A model generated the notes under the pieces. That model did no database searches. It worked only from the letters and a program-made list of their open reading frames with translations, and was not told the origin of the DNA. Of a DNA stretch of 64,000 nt, positions 35,732-46,620 are shown piece by piece. The stretch's first letter is position 1; every line of letters begins with the position of its first letter. The DNA is from an uncultured Desulfospira sp. GTDB lineage: Bacteria > Desulfobacterota > Desulfobacteria > Desulfobacterales > Desulfobacteraceae. Made by a program: the position numbers and the translations under genes. Where the stretch lies: assembly GCA_963663165.1 (NCBI GenBank), contig OY760175.1:4832001-4896000 (forward strand), in the 5' to 3' direction.

Positions 35732-38700
35732 GTGCCATTGGGGAAAAAGGCCATTGATGCCATATTTTTTGATAAGCGGGACCACAAGCTCATTGAGATT
35801 GTAAATTCCGTTTATGATGAGCCTAAATCCCTGAAATATACCGGAAAACTGTTTTATCCGTTCTTTCATCCCCTGGGGATCAAAGAGCTGGCCGAATCCC
35901 GGGGGCTGAGAACCGCCTATTCCATTGTCAATTTGATGGAGTCCATTGAACGGGGGGAAATCACCAGCCGCCTTACAGCCCTGGCCGGACTTAAAGACGA
36001 TATTGTCGACACCGTGGGCGGCCCCATGCCGAAAAATACGGCCCGGGTCCTTCTCCAGATCATGAAAGACCTGGTCCGGGCCAAGGGAAATTCTGATCTT
36101 CAGGTCCGGCTGGCCCACGATTTCAGGATGGCCGCCTTTGGCAAGCCCCGGATTATCCGGGCCCTGCTGGACCAGTACCATCTGCTGGAAATGCCTGAAG
36201 AATGGCATCAGATCACCTTTGATGACCATGTCCATGACGCCAACACCTCGGGCAGGAAAACCCCCACCCACCTGATTCTGGATGCCTGGATCAAGGGAAT
36301 TCGCCGGCTCAGGGTGGTGTATTATCATTATATTGAACCCCGGTTCGCCCTTGAGTTGATTGAAGCTGCAAGGATCATGGAAATCGATTTGAGAATCGGG
36401 ATCGAATTCTGGGCCCTCCACCGGGACCGGTATATTTCCTTTACCTGGGTATCGAGAAGCCTGCCCAACCTTGAGGCCTTTTTGTGTTTTTTGAGTTCTC
36501 CTTCTGTGGTGGCGTTCATGGAAGAGGGCAAAGCGGTTCAGCTATATCATAAACGGTATATTCTCTATCGCCTGGAGGAATTTAACCGGTCTGTACGGGC
36601 CAACCTTTGCCGGGATTTGAACATTTCCATGGACCCGTTGCAGGCCGAAGACTTCCTGAAATTTGTTCCTCCGGGCCAGCCCACCCTGGAATACCTGGGT
36701 GAATTTATTCATTCCAGGATACGCCCGGCCATGGAAGCCCATGTCGCAAAGCTCAATGAAGATCTGGCCACGGCCGGCCCAGAACAAAGGCAGGAGATTG
36801 AAAACGCCGTCAAAATTCTGGACAGGTTCACCATCAGGGACCTGTTGAAACAGTATTTGAATTCAGAACGGTTTTTTACAGAATTCAGAGCCTATATTAA
36901 ACATTCACAAGAACTTGTTCCCGACAGGTTGAGCGTTCCTTTCGGCGAATTCCTGGACCGGCTTGTGCAGCTTCACCATGACTACCGTATCACCTTGAAC
37001 CTGGACCGGATCGGGCCGGAGGATGTTCTAGAGCTTTTATATGAAAGCGACGGCCGGATTACCCGGATTGAAATTATTAACCTTAAAAAATATAACCCGG
37101 CGGAAACCGGCCATATTCTCTGTATCAATGACCTTCAGAAGGCCATCAGCCAGGGCAGTACCCTGAAGCTCAAGCGGATCATTTCAAAAATTATCGCCAA
37201 TGTGGAAACCAGCCGTCCAGACGACTGGGAAGACCGGCTCAGGGTACTGACGGCCATTCTCAACGACATTGATGAATTCAAGCATATGTTTGACCTGCGC
37301 CCCATTGAACTGAGAATCGGGTCTGATTCCACCGGCAAACCCCACCACCCCTACGGCATGGGGTTTGCCGTTCTGGACACCCTGCCCGGTAATGTCAGGC
37401 GGAGATTTAAAAGGGCCAATGTGGGCCGGCTGGCGTTGCCGGTTTACATTAAAACCAGCCTGAGTACCACGGTAATTGAACCGGAATATCTGCCCCGGTT
37501 CCTGGCCTGGATTCCGGGTATCCGCCGGTTGCTGGCCGATAGGAAAAATGAATGGGTTGTGGGGCCTTATCTGTTGGACCGGCTCACCCGCAGCAATCTG
37601 GTCACCCTGGGGAAATCCGTCGCAAAATCAAGAAACGGCTTTATCTCCAGCAAAAAACCCGAAAAGAAACCGGGAAAACGACAGTTAAAATATCTGAACA
37701 CCAAGCTGAAGAACACTCTGAAAATTATGATCGGGTTTATCCCGGCCCAGCTTTGTTTTATGCTGACCAAGGAGTGGTGGGTTCTGGCTTATCTGGGGGC
37801 TGTGATCTGGTTTTCCATTACCGGTGTAAGGAACGTGGTGCAGTCCATCCTTGGCGGCGGCGGCATTAAACGGGCGTCGCTGCTCAAGTGGAATGATTAT
37901 GTTTCCTGGGACCGGTTGGCGGATTCTCTGCTGTTCACGGGATTTTCCGTCCCCCTTCTGGATTATTTGGTCAAAGAACTGCTGCTCAAGGAGGCCATGG
38001 GCATCACCATGGCCAATGAGCCGGTGATTCTCTATGCGGTCATGGGGCTTGCCAACGGCCTTTACCTGTCAAGCCATAATGTCCTTCGGGGGCTGCCCAA
38101 AGGTGCGGCCATCGGCAATCTTTTCAGAAGTATTCTGTCCATACCCGTGGCTGTGCTGATCAACACCGCCATTGGCACAGTCCTGGGCGGGTTTCAAGTC
38201 CCTGACATCAACGGGGTTCTCCAAAAATGGGCCGCGATAATTTCCAAGGGCGCATCAGATATTGTGGCCTGTTTTATCGAAGGCGCCGCAGACCGGTCCA
38301 CTTATACCCGATTAAGACAGCAGAATATCCGTAAAAAAATTCTGGACCTGTACGATATTTATTCCAGGCTGGTCATGCGCTTTCCGGACACCGAAGAACT
38401 GATCATTCTTGAAAAATCCGACCGCCTGCTGGAAGACAAGAATTCCGAGGTCCGGGATCTGGTCACCCTGATCATGATCAACGCCCTGGACCTGTTTTAT
38501 TTCTGGATGTACCTTCCCCGTGCCCAAACGGTAATGATGGACATGATTTCGGAGATGACGCCCGAGGAAAAGGTAATTTTTTTTCAATCCCAGAACATGC
38601 TGCGCCACGAACACCACATCAGCCGTCTGTTTGTGGACGGCGTCCTGGGCCGGAATTTTTCCCGGCCCCTTTCCTTTTACCTGACCTCATACCGTTATTA

Positions 38701-38797
38701 CCTTAAAAGCATCCATAAGGCACAAGCCCTGGGGAAAAACGGCCATAACAAGGAGACCGGTGGAAAGGAAACCGGAAACCGAATGCACAAACTTTAA
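35732..38797 (+). CDS. Large hypothetical protein with PHP-like metal motifs and C-terminal membrane domain
   Basis: FDDHVHDANT, RIGIEF, RIGSDSTG; hydrophobic segments at about aa 665-830; AAGGAGG RBS. Confidence 0.75.
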   Translation: MPLGKKAIDAIFFDKRDHKLIEIVNSVYDEPKSLKYTGKLFYPFFHPLGIKELAESRGLRTAYSIVNLMESIERGEITSRLTALAGLKDDIVDTVGGPMPKNTARVLLQIMKDLVRAKGNSDLQVRLAHDFRMAAFGKPRIIRALLDQYHLLEMPEEWHQITFDDHVHDANTSGRKTPTHLILDAWIKGIRRLRVVYYHYIEPRFALELIEAARIMEIDLRIGIEFWALHRDRYISFTWVSRSLPNLEAFLCFLSSPSVVAFMEEGKAVQLYHKRYILYRLEEFNRSVRANLCRDLNISMDPLQAEDFLKFVPPGQPTLEYLGEFIHSRIRPAMEAHVAKLNEDLATAGPEQRQEIENAVKILDRFTIRDLLKQYLNSERFFTEFRAYIKHSQELVPDRLSVPFGEFLDRLVQLHHDYRITLNLDRIGPEDVLELLYESDGRITRIEIINLKKYNPAETGHILCINDLQKAISQGSTLKLKRIISKIIANVETSRPDDWEDRLRVLTAILNDIDEFKHMFDLRPIELRIGSDSTGKPHHPYGMGFAVLDTLPGNVRRRFKRANVGRLALPVYIKTSLSTTVIEPEYLPRFLAWIPGIRRLLADRKNEWVVGPYLLDRLTRSNLVTLGKSVAKSRNGFISSKKPEKKPGKRQLKYLNTKLKNTLKIMIGFIPAQLCFMLTKEWWVLAYLGAVIWFSITGVRNVVQSILGGGGIKRASLLKWNDYVSWDRLADSLLFTGFSVPLLDYLVKELLLKEAMGITMANEPVILYAVMGLANGLYLSSHNVLRGLPKGAAIGNLFRSILSIPVAVLINTAIGTVLGGFQVPDINGVLQKWAAIISKGASDIVACFIEGAADRSTYTRLRQQNIRKKILDLYDIYSRLVMRFPDTEELIILEKSDRLLEDKNSEVRDLVTLIMINALDLFYFWMYLPRAQTVMMDMISEMTPEEKVIFFQSQNMLRHEHHISRLFVDGVLGRNFSRPLSFYLTSYRYYLKSIHKAQALGKNGHNKETGGKETGNRMHKL

Positions 38798-38900
38798 GAA
38801 TTTCCAACGTCCGGTTCCCCTTCTCCGGTCTTCCATAGGGCAATCGCATGTAAAAAAATTATCTTTGATAATTTTTATTTACATATGGATTCAAGGTCCG

Positions 38901-39067
38901 CCCCTCTGTGTAGTTTGGCGAAAGCCAAACCTCGGTGCACTCTGTGGTTTAAAAATATGAAATCCCAAAGGGGTTGAATTATTCTTCTTTAACCTCCTGG
39001 TTTTATAAATTGTGGGCTTCGCCCACTTTTTAAATTCAACCACAGAGGGGCACAGAGAAACACAGAG
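38901..39067. repeat. Inverted array of CACAGAG repeats
   Basis: CTCTGTG, CTCGGTG, CTCTGTGGTT ... AACCACAGAG GGGCACAGAG AAACACAGAG. Confidence 0.75.
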
Positions 39068-39191
39068 TTTCAGTGCTGCGCACTGAAATTGCATTCGGTA
39101 AGCTTAAACAGTGGGAAAGTTACATTCGATTGCCCTGCGGCCTTCCCTTTTTTCCTTTTCTTTTTATTCAATAGTGGTATCCTGCGGGGCT

Positions 39192-40334
39192 ATGAAAACG
39201 ACGAACTTCCAACTGTCACGGGTATTGTTTATTTCCCTGTCCCATTTTGTCCATGATGTGTATACCAGCTTTCTGGCCCCGCTGCTGCCGTTGATCATTG
39301 ATAAGCTGTCTTTAACCTTGAGCCAGGCCGGGTTGCTGTCCACGGTCATGCAGATTCCGGCCCTGGCCAATCCCCTGATCGGCCTGTTTGCCGACAACCG
39401 GAGCCTGGCACGGTGGCTGCTCATCCTGTCGCCGACCCTGACGGCTCTGCCCATGAGCTTCATGGGGCTTGCCCCGTCCTACGGCGTTCTTTTGATTCTG
39501 GTGTTTGTGGCCGGGATTTCGGTTTCCCTGTTCCATGTGCCGGCCCCGGTGCTGGTGGCCGGATATTCGGGCAGTAAAAAAGGCCGGGGCATGAGCTTTT
39601 TCATGACCGGCGGGGAACTTTCCAGGACCTTAGGGCCCATATTTGCCGTGGGCGCGGTCTCTTTGCTGGGCCTTGAAAATTTTCATTTTGTCCTGGTGTT
39701 TGCCCTGGCCACATCGGTGTTGCTCTGGTTTTCTTTGGAAAAGGAGACTGAAAAAATCCAGGTCAAGGCAAAAGGGTCATTAAAGGCCACTTATCGGGAA
39801 ATCCGCCATGTGTTCAATCCCCTTTGCGGGATACTGGCTGCCAGGGCCTTTATGCACGCAACTATGGGAATGTTTCTGACCGTATTTGTTGAGCGGGAAA
39901 CCGGCAGCCTCTGGTATGCCGGGGCGGCCCTGACCCTGTACGAGGCCTTCGGGGTGGCCGGGGTTCTGTCCGCCGGGACCCTGTCCGACCGGCTGGGCCG
40001 CAGACGGGTCCTTTTCTGGGCCCTGGTTACGGCCCCGGTGGCCATTTTGCTGTTTGTGTTCGGCGGCACCTGGGTGAAGATATTAATGCTGGCGATCATC
40101 GGGTTTACGGTGCTGTCCACAACTCCGGTGATGCTGGCCATAGTCCAGGAAAATGCCGTGGAAAATCCGTCGGCCGCCAATGGGTTGTTCATGATGGTCT
40201 CTTTTATGGTCCGGTCCGGGACCGTGGTCCTGGTGGGATGGATCGGGGATGTGGCGGGAATGGAAAATATGTTTACGGTTTGTGCCGTTATGGGCTTTTT
40301 TTCCCTCCCCTTTTTACTCAAACTCGAAAATTAG
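39192..40334 (+). CDS. MFS transporter (Fsr-like)
   Basis: SHFVHDVY..FLAPLLP, LFHVP, GRGMSFFMTGG, LSDRLGRR. Confidence 0.88.
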   Translation: MKTTNFQLSRVLFISLSHFVHDVYTSFLAPLLPLIIDKLSLTLSQAGLLSTVMQIPALANPLIGLFADNRSLARWLLILSPTLTALPMSFMGLAPSYGVLLILVFVAGISVSLFHVPAPVLVAGYSGSKKGRGMSFFMTGGELSRTLGPIFAVGAVSLLGLENFHFVLVFALATSVLLWFSLEKETEKIQVKAKGSLKATYREIRHVFNPLCGILAARAFMHATMGMFLTVFVERETGSLWYAGAALTLYEAFGVAGVLSAGTLSDRLGRRRVLFWALVTAPVAILLFVFGGTWVKILMLAIIGFTVLSTTPVMLAIVQENAVENPSAANGLFMMVSFMVRSGTVVLVGWIGDVAGMENMFTVCAVMGFFSLPFLLKLEN

Positions 40335-40431
40335 GTATAAAGGCTGAAGGTGGTTAGACTGAAGGCTGAAAGGAATTCGATAGTCGATACCTTCAGCCTA
40401 AACCCCTTTTCCCAAAGGAGAACACTATACG

Positions 40432-41328
40432 ATGTTAAAAACCAACAAAGACAAAACCGTTGAAGTGCTGCTGCCCTGTAATCCGGGCCCCCCCAGGGTG
40501 GGGCCCGGATGGCGGGTGGACCACAAGGGCATTCCTTTTCTGTTGCCCGGAATCGGGGGAATCACCCTCAATGTCCAGGTAGGGGACCCGGCATTCGGCC
40601 TTGCCGGGGACCATATTGAACCCGGGGTCTCCTGCACGGCCAATGCGGAAAAGCCCAATGACTTTCCCAACAACTCTCTTCAGCTTCTCTCCTGTGTGGG
40701 CAATGAGGCAAAAATTGTATCCGGGGATGCCAAAGGGGAAACCGGGATTGTTCTCGGCCATCACGGGGGTTCCGAGCATGTTATGGTGGATTTTCCGGGG
40801 CCGGTAAAGGCCCGGATGACTTATGAGGATAAAATACTGATCCGGGCCAGGGGACAGGGACTTGAACTGACGGATTATCCCCATATCAAACTGTTCAACC
40901 TGTCGCCGGACCTGCTGTTTAAGATGAACATCACTGAACAGGGAAACAACACCTTGACGGTGGGGGTTACCACAAAAATCCCGGCACCGTGCATGGGGTC
41001 TGGGGTGGGCCGGGCCCATGTGGGGGCAGGGGACTATGATGTGATGACATCAGATCCTGAAACCGTTCAAAAATTTAACCTGGATAAAATGAGGTTCGGG
41101 GATATCGTGGCCATCATGGATCATGACAACTCCTATGGCCGGGCCTATGTGCAGGGAGCGGTCAGCATCGGCGTTGTGGTTCACTCAGACTGCCGCCTGG
41201 CCGGCCACGGCCCGGGGGTTGCCACCCTGATGACCTGTCCGGCCGGCGGGATTGAACCGGTGATAGATCCCGGGGCAAATTTAGCGGATTTGTTTAATAT
41301 TGGTACGCAACTGACAAAAAAAGACTAA
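40432..41328 (+). CDS. DUF4438 domain protein
   Basis: [41 protein letters not shown]. Confidence 0.75.
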   Translation: MLKTNKDKTVEVLLPCNPGPPRVGPGWRVDHKGIPFLLPGIGGITLNVQVGDPAFGLAGDHIEPGVSCTANAEKPNDFPNNSLQLLSCVGNEAKIVSGDAKGETGIVLGHHGGSEHVMVDFPGPVKARMTYEDKILIRARGQGLELTDYPHIKLFNLSPDLLFKMNITEQGNNTLTVGVTTKIPAPCMGSGVGRAHVGAGDYDVMTSDPETVQKFNLDKMRFGDIVAIMDHDNSYGRAYVQGAVSIGVVVHSDCRLAGHGPGVATLMTCPAGGIEPVIDPGANLADLFNIGTQLTKKD

Positions 41329-41651
41329 TAGGTTACGGTTTCCGCGTATTCGACCCCATACCCATAAGGCCCGGGCGGTTGGGAAGTGCCCAGTTCATCG
41401 GACCATTTAACGTATCCGATATATTTGTCGTACTTTTCAAACCCGCCGTCGGAGGGGTCATAATTGCGGATTTTAATAAATAGCTCCTGGCCGATATCCA
41501 GTGCTTCTTCGGTTTTAAGGTACATGCCGCCGATGCTGTAATTCTGGAGTTCGGCCGCTGCCCCGCTGCTTAAGGTCTCGTTCCGGTACAATAACAAGGA
41601 CGCCTGATGATTGTACCGTTCATACCGGCGCTTTTCTATGCCGCTTGCCAT
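41325..41651 (-). CDS. PilZ domain protein
   Basis: EKRRYER ... NYSIGGM ... GYGVEY. Confidence 0.8.
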   Translation of the reverse strand: MASGIEKRRYERYNHQASLLLYRNETLSSGAAAELQNYSIGGMYLKTEEALDIGQELFIKIRNYDPSDGGFEKYDKYIGYVKWSDELGTSQPPGPYGYGVEYAETVTY

Positions 41652-41884
41652 AACCGTCTCCTTTTAGAGGGTGTTTTGTTACATTATGTTTCGTTTAAAC
41701 CGGTTATATATTATCCTTGTTTGGAATTGGATTACAACCAAAATCCTGATATAGTGTCCTTTGCGTAAACTGTTTGAGAGTTTGACCAGGGACCTGTGTT
41801 GACTTTCAATAGGCGTTGCGGGCGGTTTGGGGTGGAATAAGCCAAAGCCGCCCGGGGCTGTTATTTGATCATGAGGATGAAACG

Positions 41885-43090
41885 TTGAATCCGGCAAAAA
41901 AATGTATTCTGCAGAAAGGCAAAGGCAGAACAAGAAAGCTTGCCAAGCTTGAATATTTATACGAAAAAGAGTCTTTGTATTTTGCACAGATATCTGAAAG
42001 CATTAAGGAACTGGCCCTAAACGAGCTCAAAGAACTGAATGCACAGGATCTCAAACCCGTATTCCGGGGCGTCTGGTTCAAGGCGTCAAAGCCCGATTTT
42101 TACCGGATTATATATTATTCCCGGTTGATATCCCGGGTCCTGGCCCCCCTGGCCCAGTTTGACTGCCTGGACAAGGATGAACTTTACCGGCAGGCCAAAA
42201 AAATCCACTGGGAAGAGTTTTTAACCCCGAGAAAGACCTTTGCCGTATCGGCCAATGTGTCCGAATCATCCATTACCCACTCCAATTTTGCAGGGCTGCG
42301 GGTCAAGGATGCCATTGCCGACTACTTCCGGGACAGGACCAACAAACGGCCGAATGTGGATGCCCAGAACCCTTATGTGCTGATCAACGTCCACATTCAT
42401 AAAGACAGGGCCACTTTGTCCGTTGATGCCTCAGGCGGGCCCCTGCACAAACGGGGCTACCGGGAGGAAACCGTGTCCGCCCCCATGCAGGAAACCGTTG
42501 CCGGGGCCATTGTCCGGCTTTCCGAGTGGGACGGCGCCATCCCCCTTTACGATCCCATGTGCGGGTCCGGAACCCTGCTTTGTGAGGCACTGATGCATGT
42601 CTGCGGGATTCCGGCCCAGGTCCTTCGCACGGACTTCGGGTTTGAGCGGCTTCCCGACTTTGACAAGGGGATGTGGGAACAGGTCAAAGCCCGGGCCCGA
42701 GACGATATAAAGGACCTTGTCCCGGGGCTGATTGCCGGCAGTGATATTTCCGAACATGCGGTCGAGGCGGCAAAGACCAATTTGATGGGGCTTCACCACG
42801 GGGGAAAAGTAAGTATTGAATTAAAAGATTTCCATGATATAAATAAACTTGAAGATGTTGTGATTATTACCAATCCACCCTATGGTATTCGGATGGGAAA
42901 AGATCAGAACATGAATGAATTTTATAAAGACCTGGGGCTGTTTTTGCGGGAAAAATGTTCTAAATGCCAGGCCTTTGTGTATTTTGGAGACCCCAAATAC
43001 ATTAAAAAGGTTCCCCTGTCACCCTCCTGGAAACGGCCTTTAAAAATCGGGGGCCTGGACGGAAAACTGGTTAAATATGAACTCTACTGA
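41885..43090 (+). CDS. THUMP-domain RNA methyltransferase (RlmL-like); start codon uncertain
   Basis: VKDAIAD, LHKRGYR, APMQET, YDPMCGSGT, ITNPPYG. Confidence 0.9.
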   Translation: MNPAKKCILQKGKGRTRKLAKLEYLYEKESLYFAQISESIKELALNELKELNAQDLKPVFRGVWFKASKPDFYRIIYYSRLISRVLAPLAQFDCLDKDELYRQAKKIHWEEFLTPRKTFAVSANVSESSITHSNFAGLRVKDAIADYFRDRTNKRPNVDAQNPYVLINVHIHKDRATLSVDASGGPLHKRGYREETVSAPMQETVAGAIVRLSEWDGAIPLYDPMCGSGTLLCEALMHVCGIPAQVLRTDFGFERLPDFDKGMWEQVKARARDDIKDLVPGLIAGSDISEHAVEAAKTNLMGLHHGGKVSIELKDFHDINKLEDVVIITNPPYGIRMGKDQNMNEFYKDLGLFLREKCSKCQAFVYFGDPKYIKKVPLSPSWKRPLKIGGLDGKLVKYELY

Positions 43091-43114
43091 AGACGGGTGT
43101 TAGAATAAACGACA

Positions 43115-43285
43115 ATGGAAAATCCTCAGACCGGCACCAGCACATACACATGCACTGATTACAGAGAAGAGATGGTCCTTTTAGGGCTTCAGCGAAGACT
43201 GACCCAAACGGACCTTTCCTTAGAAGAAAAACAAGAGATTTTAAAACAGATCACAGAGGTTGAGAAAAAAATGGGCATGGACTGA
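43115..43285 (+). CDS. Small 56-aa hypothetical protein, not in the ORF track
   Basis: MENPQTGTSTYTCTDYREEMVLLGLQRRLTQTDLSLEEKQEILKQITEVEKKMGMD; fills the gap between co-oriented genes. Confidence 0.65.
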   Translation: MENPQTGTSTYTCTDYREEMVLLGLQRRLTQTDLSLEEKQEILKQITEVEKKMGMD

Positions 43286-43310
43286 TGCCAAAAACCTTAA
43301 AAGGTGTAAA

Positions 43311-46300
43311 ATGGCGCTTTCCCACAGTTACCCACAGGCACCGTCTACCAAAATTTACCATGAGCTCATGGGGTCAAAGGTGGCGGACATCCTTCTGGTT
43401 TCCTGCCCCTATGACGCCTTTATCATGGAAGAAGAGGGCCGGCTGTCCAACCGGATCATTCATGAGTACAAGGGCCTGAACCTGTCTAAGCCGCCCCGGC
43501 TGACCTGGGCCTCCTCGGCAAGTGAAGCCTTTGACCTGCTGGAGACCCAAAAATTTAATTTCATCATTGCCATGCCCAGCCTTGACGGCGTGAACGTGTA
43601 TACCTTTGCCCAGCAGGTGAAAGACCGGTATCCCAAGCTTCCCTTTTTCATGCTGCTTCACAATACCTGCGACATTGACCATTTTGTCTGCACAAGCCCC
43701 GGCACAGCTATTGCCCGGACCTATATCTGGGGCGGCAATGCCGATCTGCTGCTGGCCATTATCAAAAATTTTGAAGATGAAATGAATGTGGCCTTTGATA
43801 CCCGGAAGGCCAGGGTCAGGGTCATTATCATGGTGGAGGATTCCCCCCACCATTATTCTGCTTTGTTGCCGGTTCTGTACAAGCAGATTGTGCTTCAGAC
43901 CCAGTCCGTGATTGAAGAATCCATTAACGAAGAAGACCGGCTGCTCAAAATGAGGGGGCGGCCCAAAATTCTGGTGGCCCATGATTATGAGGGGGCCCTG
44001 GCCCTTTATACACGGTATCGTCCCTATGTGCTGTCTGTTTTTTCAGACATGCGGTATCCCCGCAAGGGAAAGGTGGACGAGTTTGCAGGGGTTAAGCTGC
44101 TCAAAAAGATCAAGGCGGATATCCCGGACCTGCCGGTTCTTCTGTTGAGTACCGAGGACCAGGCCAGGCAAAAGGCCTCAGAAATCCCCGCCGTCTTCAT
44201 CAACAAAAATGCCAGCGACCTCAACGACCGGATCAAGAGTTTTTTTGCCGGCAGCCTGGGGTTTGGGGCCTTTGTCTTCAAGACCCCCCAGGGACAGGAG
44301 ATTGCCCGGGCCAGTGATTTAAGGGCCATTGAAAAGCTGATCCCTGAAATCCCGGACGAGTCAGTTGCCCGGCATGCGAAAAACAATGACTTTTCACGCT
44401 GGCTCATGGCCCGCAGCGAAATTGACCTGGCCTTGAGTTTAAGGCCATATACCATTTACGATTTCCCTGATCCCGGCGCCTTAAAACGGTTTCTGGCCGA
44501 AAGTATCCGGGCCAGAAGAAAGGGAACCCGCCAGGGCCAGGTGATTGACTTTGATTCCGGAAAGTTTGATCCGGATACGGATTTTATGAAAATCGGGGCC
44601 GGTTCTCTAGGGGGAAAGGCCAGAGGTCTTGCCTTTATGGCCTCCCAGCTCAAACAGGACGATTCCTTGAGCCAAAAATTCCCGGATGTGGATATCAGTA
44701 TTCCCCAGACCTTTGTCATCTCAACAGACGGGTTTAAATCCTTTATTGAAAAGAACGACCTGGCCGGCCTGTTAAAATCAGAAAAACAGGCCCGGGATCA
44801 GGACATGATCCGCCGTTTTGTAAAGGCGGAGTTCCCCGAACGGCTCAGGCAGCAGCTCAGGGTTTACCTTGAAAACATCCATTACCCCATTGCGGTCCGG
44901 TCGTCTTCCTTATTTGAAGATGCCCATTACCAGCCCTTTGCCGGCCTTTACAAAACCTATATGCTGCCCAATTCTCATTCCGATCTTGAGGTCCGCCTGG
45001 ACCGGCTGATCATGGCCGTTAAAATGGTGTATGCCTCAACCTATCTGGCGGCCCCCCGGTCTTATGCGAAAAGCACCATGCACCGGACCGAAGACGAAGA
45101 AATGGCCGTGATCCTCCAGCAGATGACGGGCAAAGCGTACAAGAATTATTTTTATCCATCCATTTCCGGTGTGGCCCAGTCCTATAATTTTTATCCCATT
45201 GCCCACCTGAAAGCCGAAGGCGGCATCTCCCATATTGCCCTGGGGCTTGGGAAAATCGTAATGGAAGGCGGCCAGACCTTGCGGTTCTGCCCTGACTTTC
45301 CTACCTTTTTACCCCAGTTCTCCATGGTCAACGATATTCTGGAAAATTCCCAGAAATATTTTTATGCCTTGAGAACCGATAAGTTCCCTGGAAAAGATCA
45401 GCTGATTTCCGATTCTTCCGAGGATACGGCCCTGATCAAACTTGAGATCGACCAGGCCCGGGACCACCCGTCTGTTCAGGCCCTTTGCTCCACCTATTAC
45501 TCCCAGGACAACCGGATCAGGGACGGGTTTTCCAATAAAGGATTTCCTGTATTGACCTTTGCCGATATTCTCAAATATAATAGTTTTCCACTGGCCCGGA
45601 TTCTGTCCGAAGTCACCCGCATGGGACAAAAATGGATGGGGACCTCTGTGGAAGTTGAATTTGCCGTTAACCTTAACGGCCCGCCGGGCCGGGAAGACAG
45701 TGAGGGCAAACCGGAATTTTCCCTTCTCCAGATCAGGCCAATGGGCCGGTACCGGCAGAACCTTGGGGTAACCATTTCCCCCGAAGATATTAAAAGGGCT
45801 TTTTGCTATTCTACTTGTTCTCTTGGAAACGGGGAATACAAGGATATTTACGATATCGTCTATGTGGACCCGGACCGGTTTGATCCGGCCAAAACCATGG
45901 AGATCACCCGGGAGATCAACCAGATCAACGCCGGGTTCAGCCATGGGGGCGGCAAATACGTTCTGGTGGGGCCCGGCCGGTGGGGATCGTCTGACCGGTG
46001 GTTAGGGATTCCCGTGGTCTGGAACGATATCTCCAATGTCGGGGTAATGGTGGAAACCACCATTGAGAGTATTAAGGCTGATCCGTCCCAGGGATCACAT
46101 TTTTTCCAAAACATTACCTCTTTGGGGATTAGTTATGTTACTGTATTGGATAAGGGCGACGATTTTATCAACTATGATTTTTTTAAGCAACGGGAATGCC
46201 GGGCCAAGACCCGGTATTTAAGGCATATCCGGTTTGAGGACCCCATTCGGATACTAGTGGACGGCAAAACCTCAACATCCGTGATGATGCCCTGTGCCCC

Positions 46301-46343
46301 GGATGAGGGCGAGGACATTATGGCGGATATTCCCGTGACCTGA
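43311..46343 (+). CDS. PEP/pyruvate-binding (PEP synthase N-terminal-like) domain protein with receiver-like N-terminus
   Basis: GSLGGKARGL, AVRSSSLFED..PFAG.Y, MAVILQ, SGVAQS, ALGLG, EVEFA, LLQIRP, GPGRWGS, SQGSHFFQN. Confidence 0.85.
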   Translation: MALSHSYPQAPSTKIYHELMGSKVADILLVSCPYDAFIMEEEGRLSNRIIHEYKGLNLSKPPRLTWASSASEAFDLLETQKFNFIIAMPSLDGVNVYTFAQQVKDRYPKLPFFMLLHNTCDIDHFVCTSPGTAIARTYIWGGNADLLLAIIKNFEDEMNVAFDTRKARVRVIIMVEDSPHHYSALLPVLYKQIVLQTQSVIEESINEEDRLLKMRGRPKILVAHDYEGALALYTRYRPYVLSVFSDMRYPRKGKVDEFAGVKLLKKIKADIPDLPVLLLSTEDQARQKASEIPAVFINKNASDLNDRIKSFFAGSLGFGAFVFKTPQGQEIARASDLRAIEKLIPEIPDESVARHAKNNDFSRWLMARSEIDLALSLRPYTIYDFPDPGALKRFLAESIRARRKGTRQGQVIDFDSGKFDPDTDFMKIGAGSLGGKARGLAFMASQLKQDDSLSQKFPDVDISIPQTFVISTDGFKSFIEKNDLAGLLKSEKQARDQDMIRRFVKAEFPERLRQQLRVYLENIHYPIAVRSSSLFEDAHYQPFAGLYKTYMLPNSHSDLEVRLDRLIMAVKMVYASTYLAAPRSYAKSTMHRTEDEEMAVILQQMTGKAYKNYFYPSISGVAQSYNFYPIAHLKAEGGISHIALGLGKIVMEGGQTLRFCPDFPTFLPQFSMVNDILENSQKYFYALRTDKFPGKDQLISDSSEDTALIKLEIDQARDHPSVQALCSTYYSQDNRIRDGFSNKGFPVLTFADILKYNSFPLARILSEVTRMGQKWMGTSVEVEFAVNLNGPPGREDSEGKPEFSLLQIRPMGRYRQNLGVTISPEDIKRAFCYSTCSLGNGEYKDIYDIVYVDPDRFDPAKTMEITREINQINAGFSHGGGKYVLVGPGRWGSSDRWLGIPVVWNDISNVGVMVETTIESIKADPSQGSHFFQNITSLGISYVTVLDKGDDFINYDFFKQRECRAKTRYLRHIRFEDPIRILVDGKTSTSVMMPCAPDEGEDIMADIPVT

Positions 46344-46400
46344 AAATTGAGGCCGGCCAGAGGGCCGGTTTACCATATGTGAAATTAACCATTAATTATT

Positions 46401-46552
46401 GTAACTGTTCAGCAGTGCCCCATCTTCGCTCATTCAGGCCTTCTCACATAGCAACAGTATGCTACGAAGGCCTGACTAAACAAATATGAAGCACTGATGA
46501 ACAGTTACGGACCCTGGTTTTGTTTAGTTTTCAGCATTAGCTGAATAGTTAC
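46401..46552. mobile_element. 152-bp MITE, copy 2
   Basis: 148/152 identical to copy 1 by eye; 8-bp direct repeat TAATTATT at 46393-46400 and 46553-46560. Confidence 0.9.
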
Positions 46553-46620
46553 TAATTATTAAGGCTTTCCGTTCCTGTAGGGAAGGCGGCAGGCCGATCG
46601 ACGTCAAAGGCGGGTATGGC

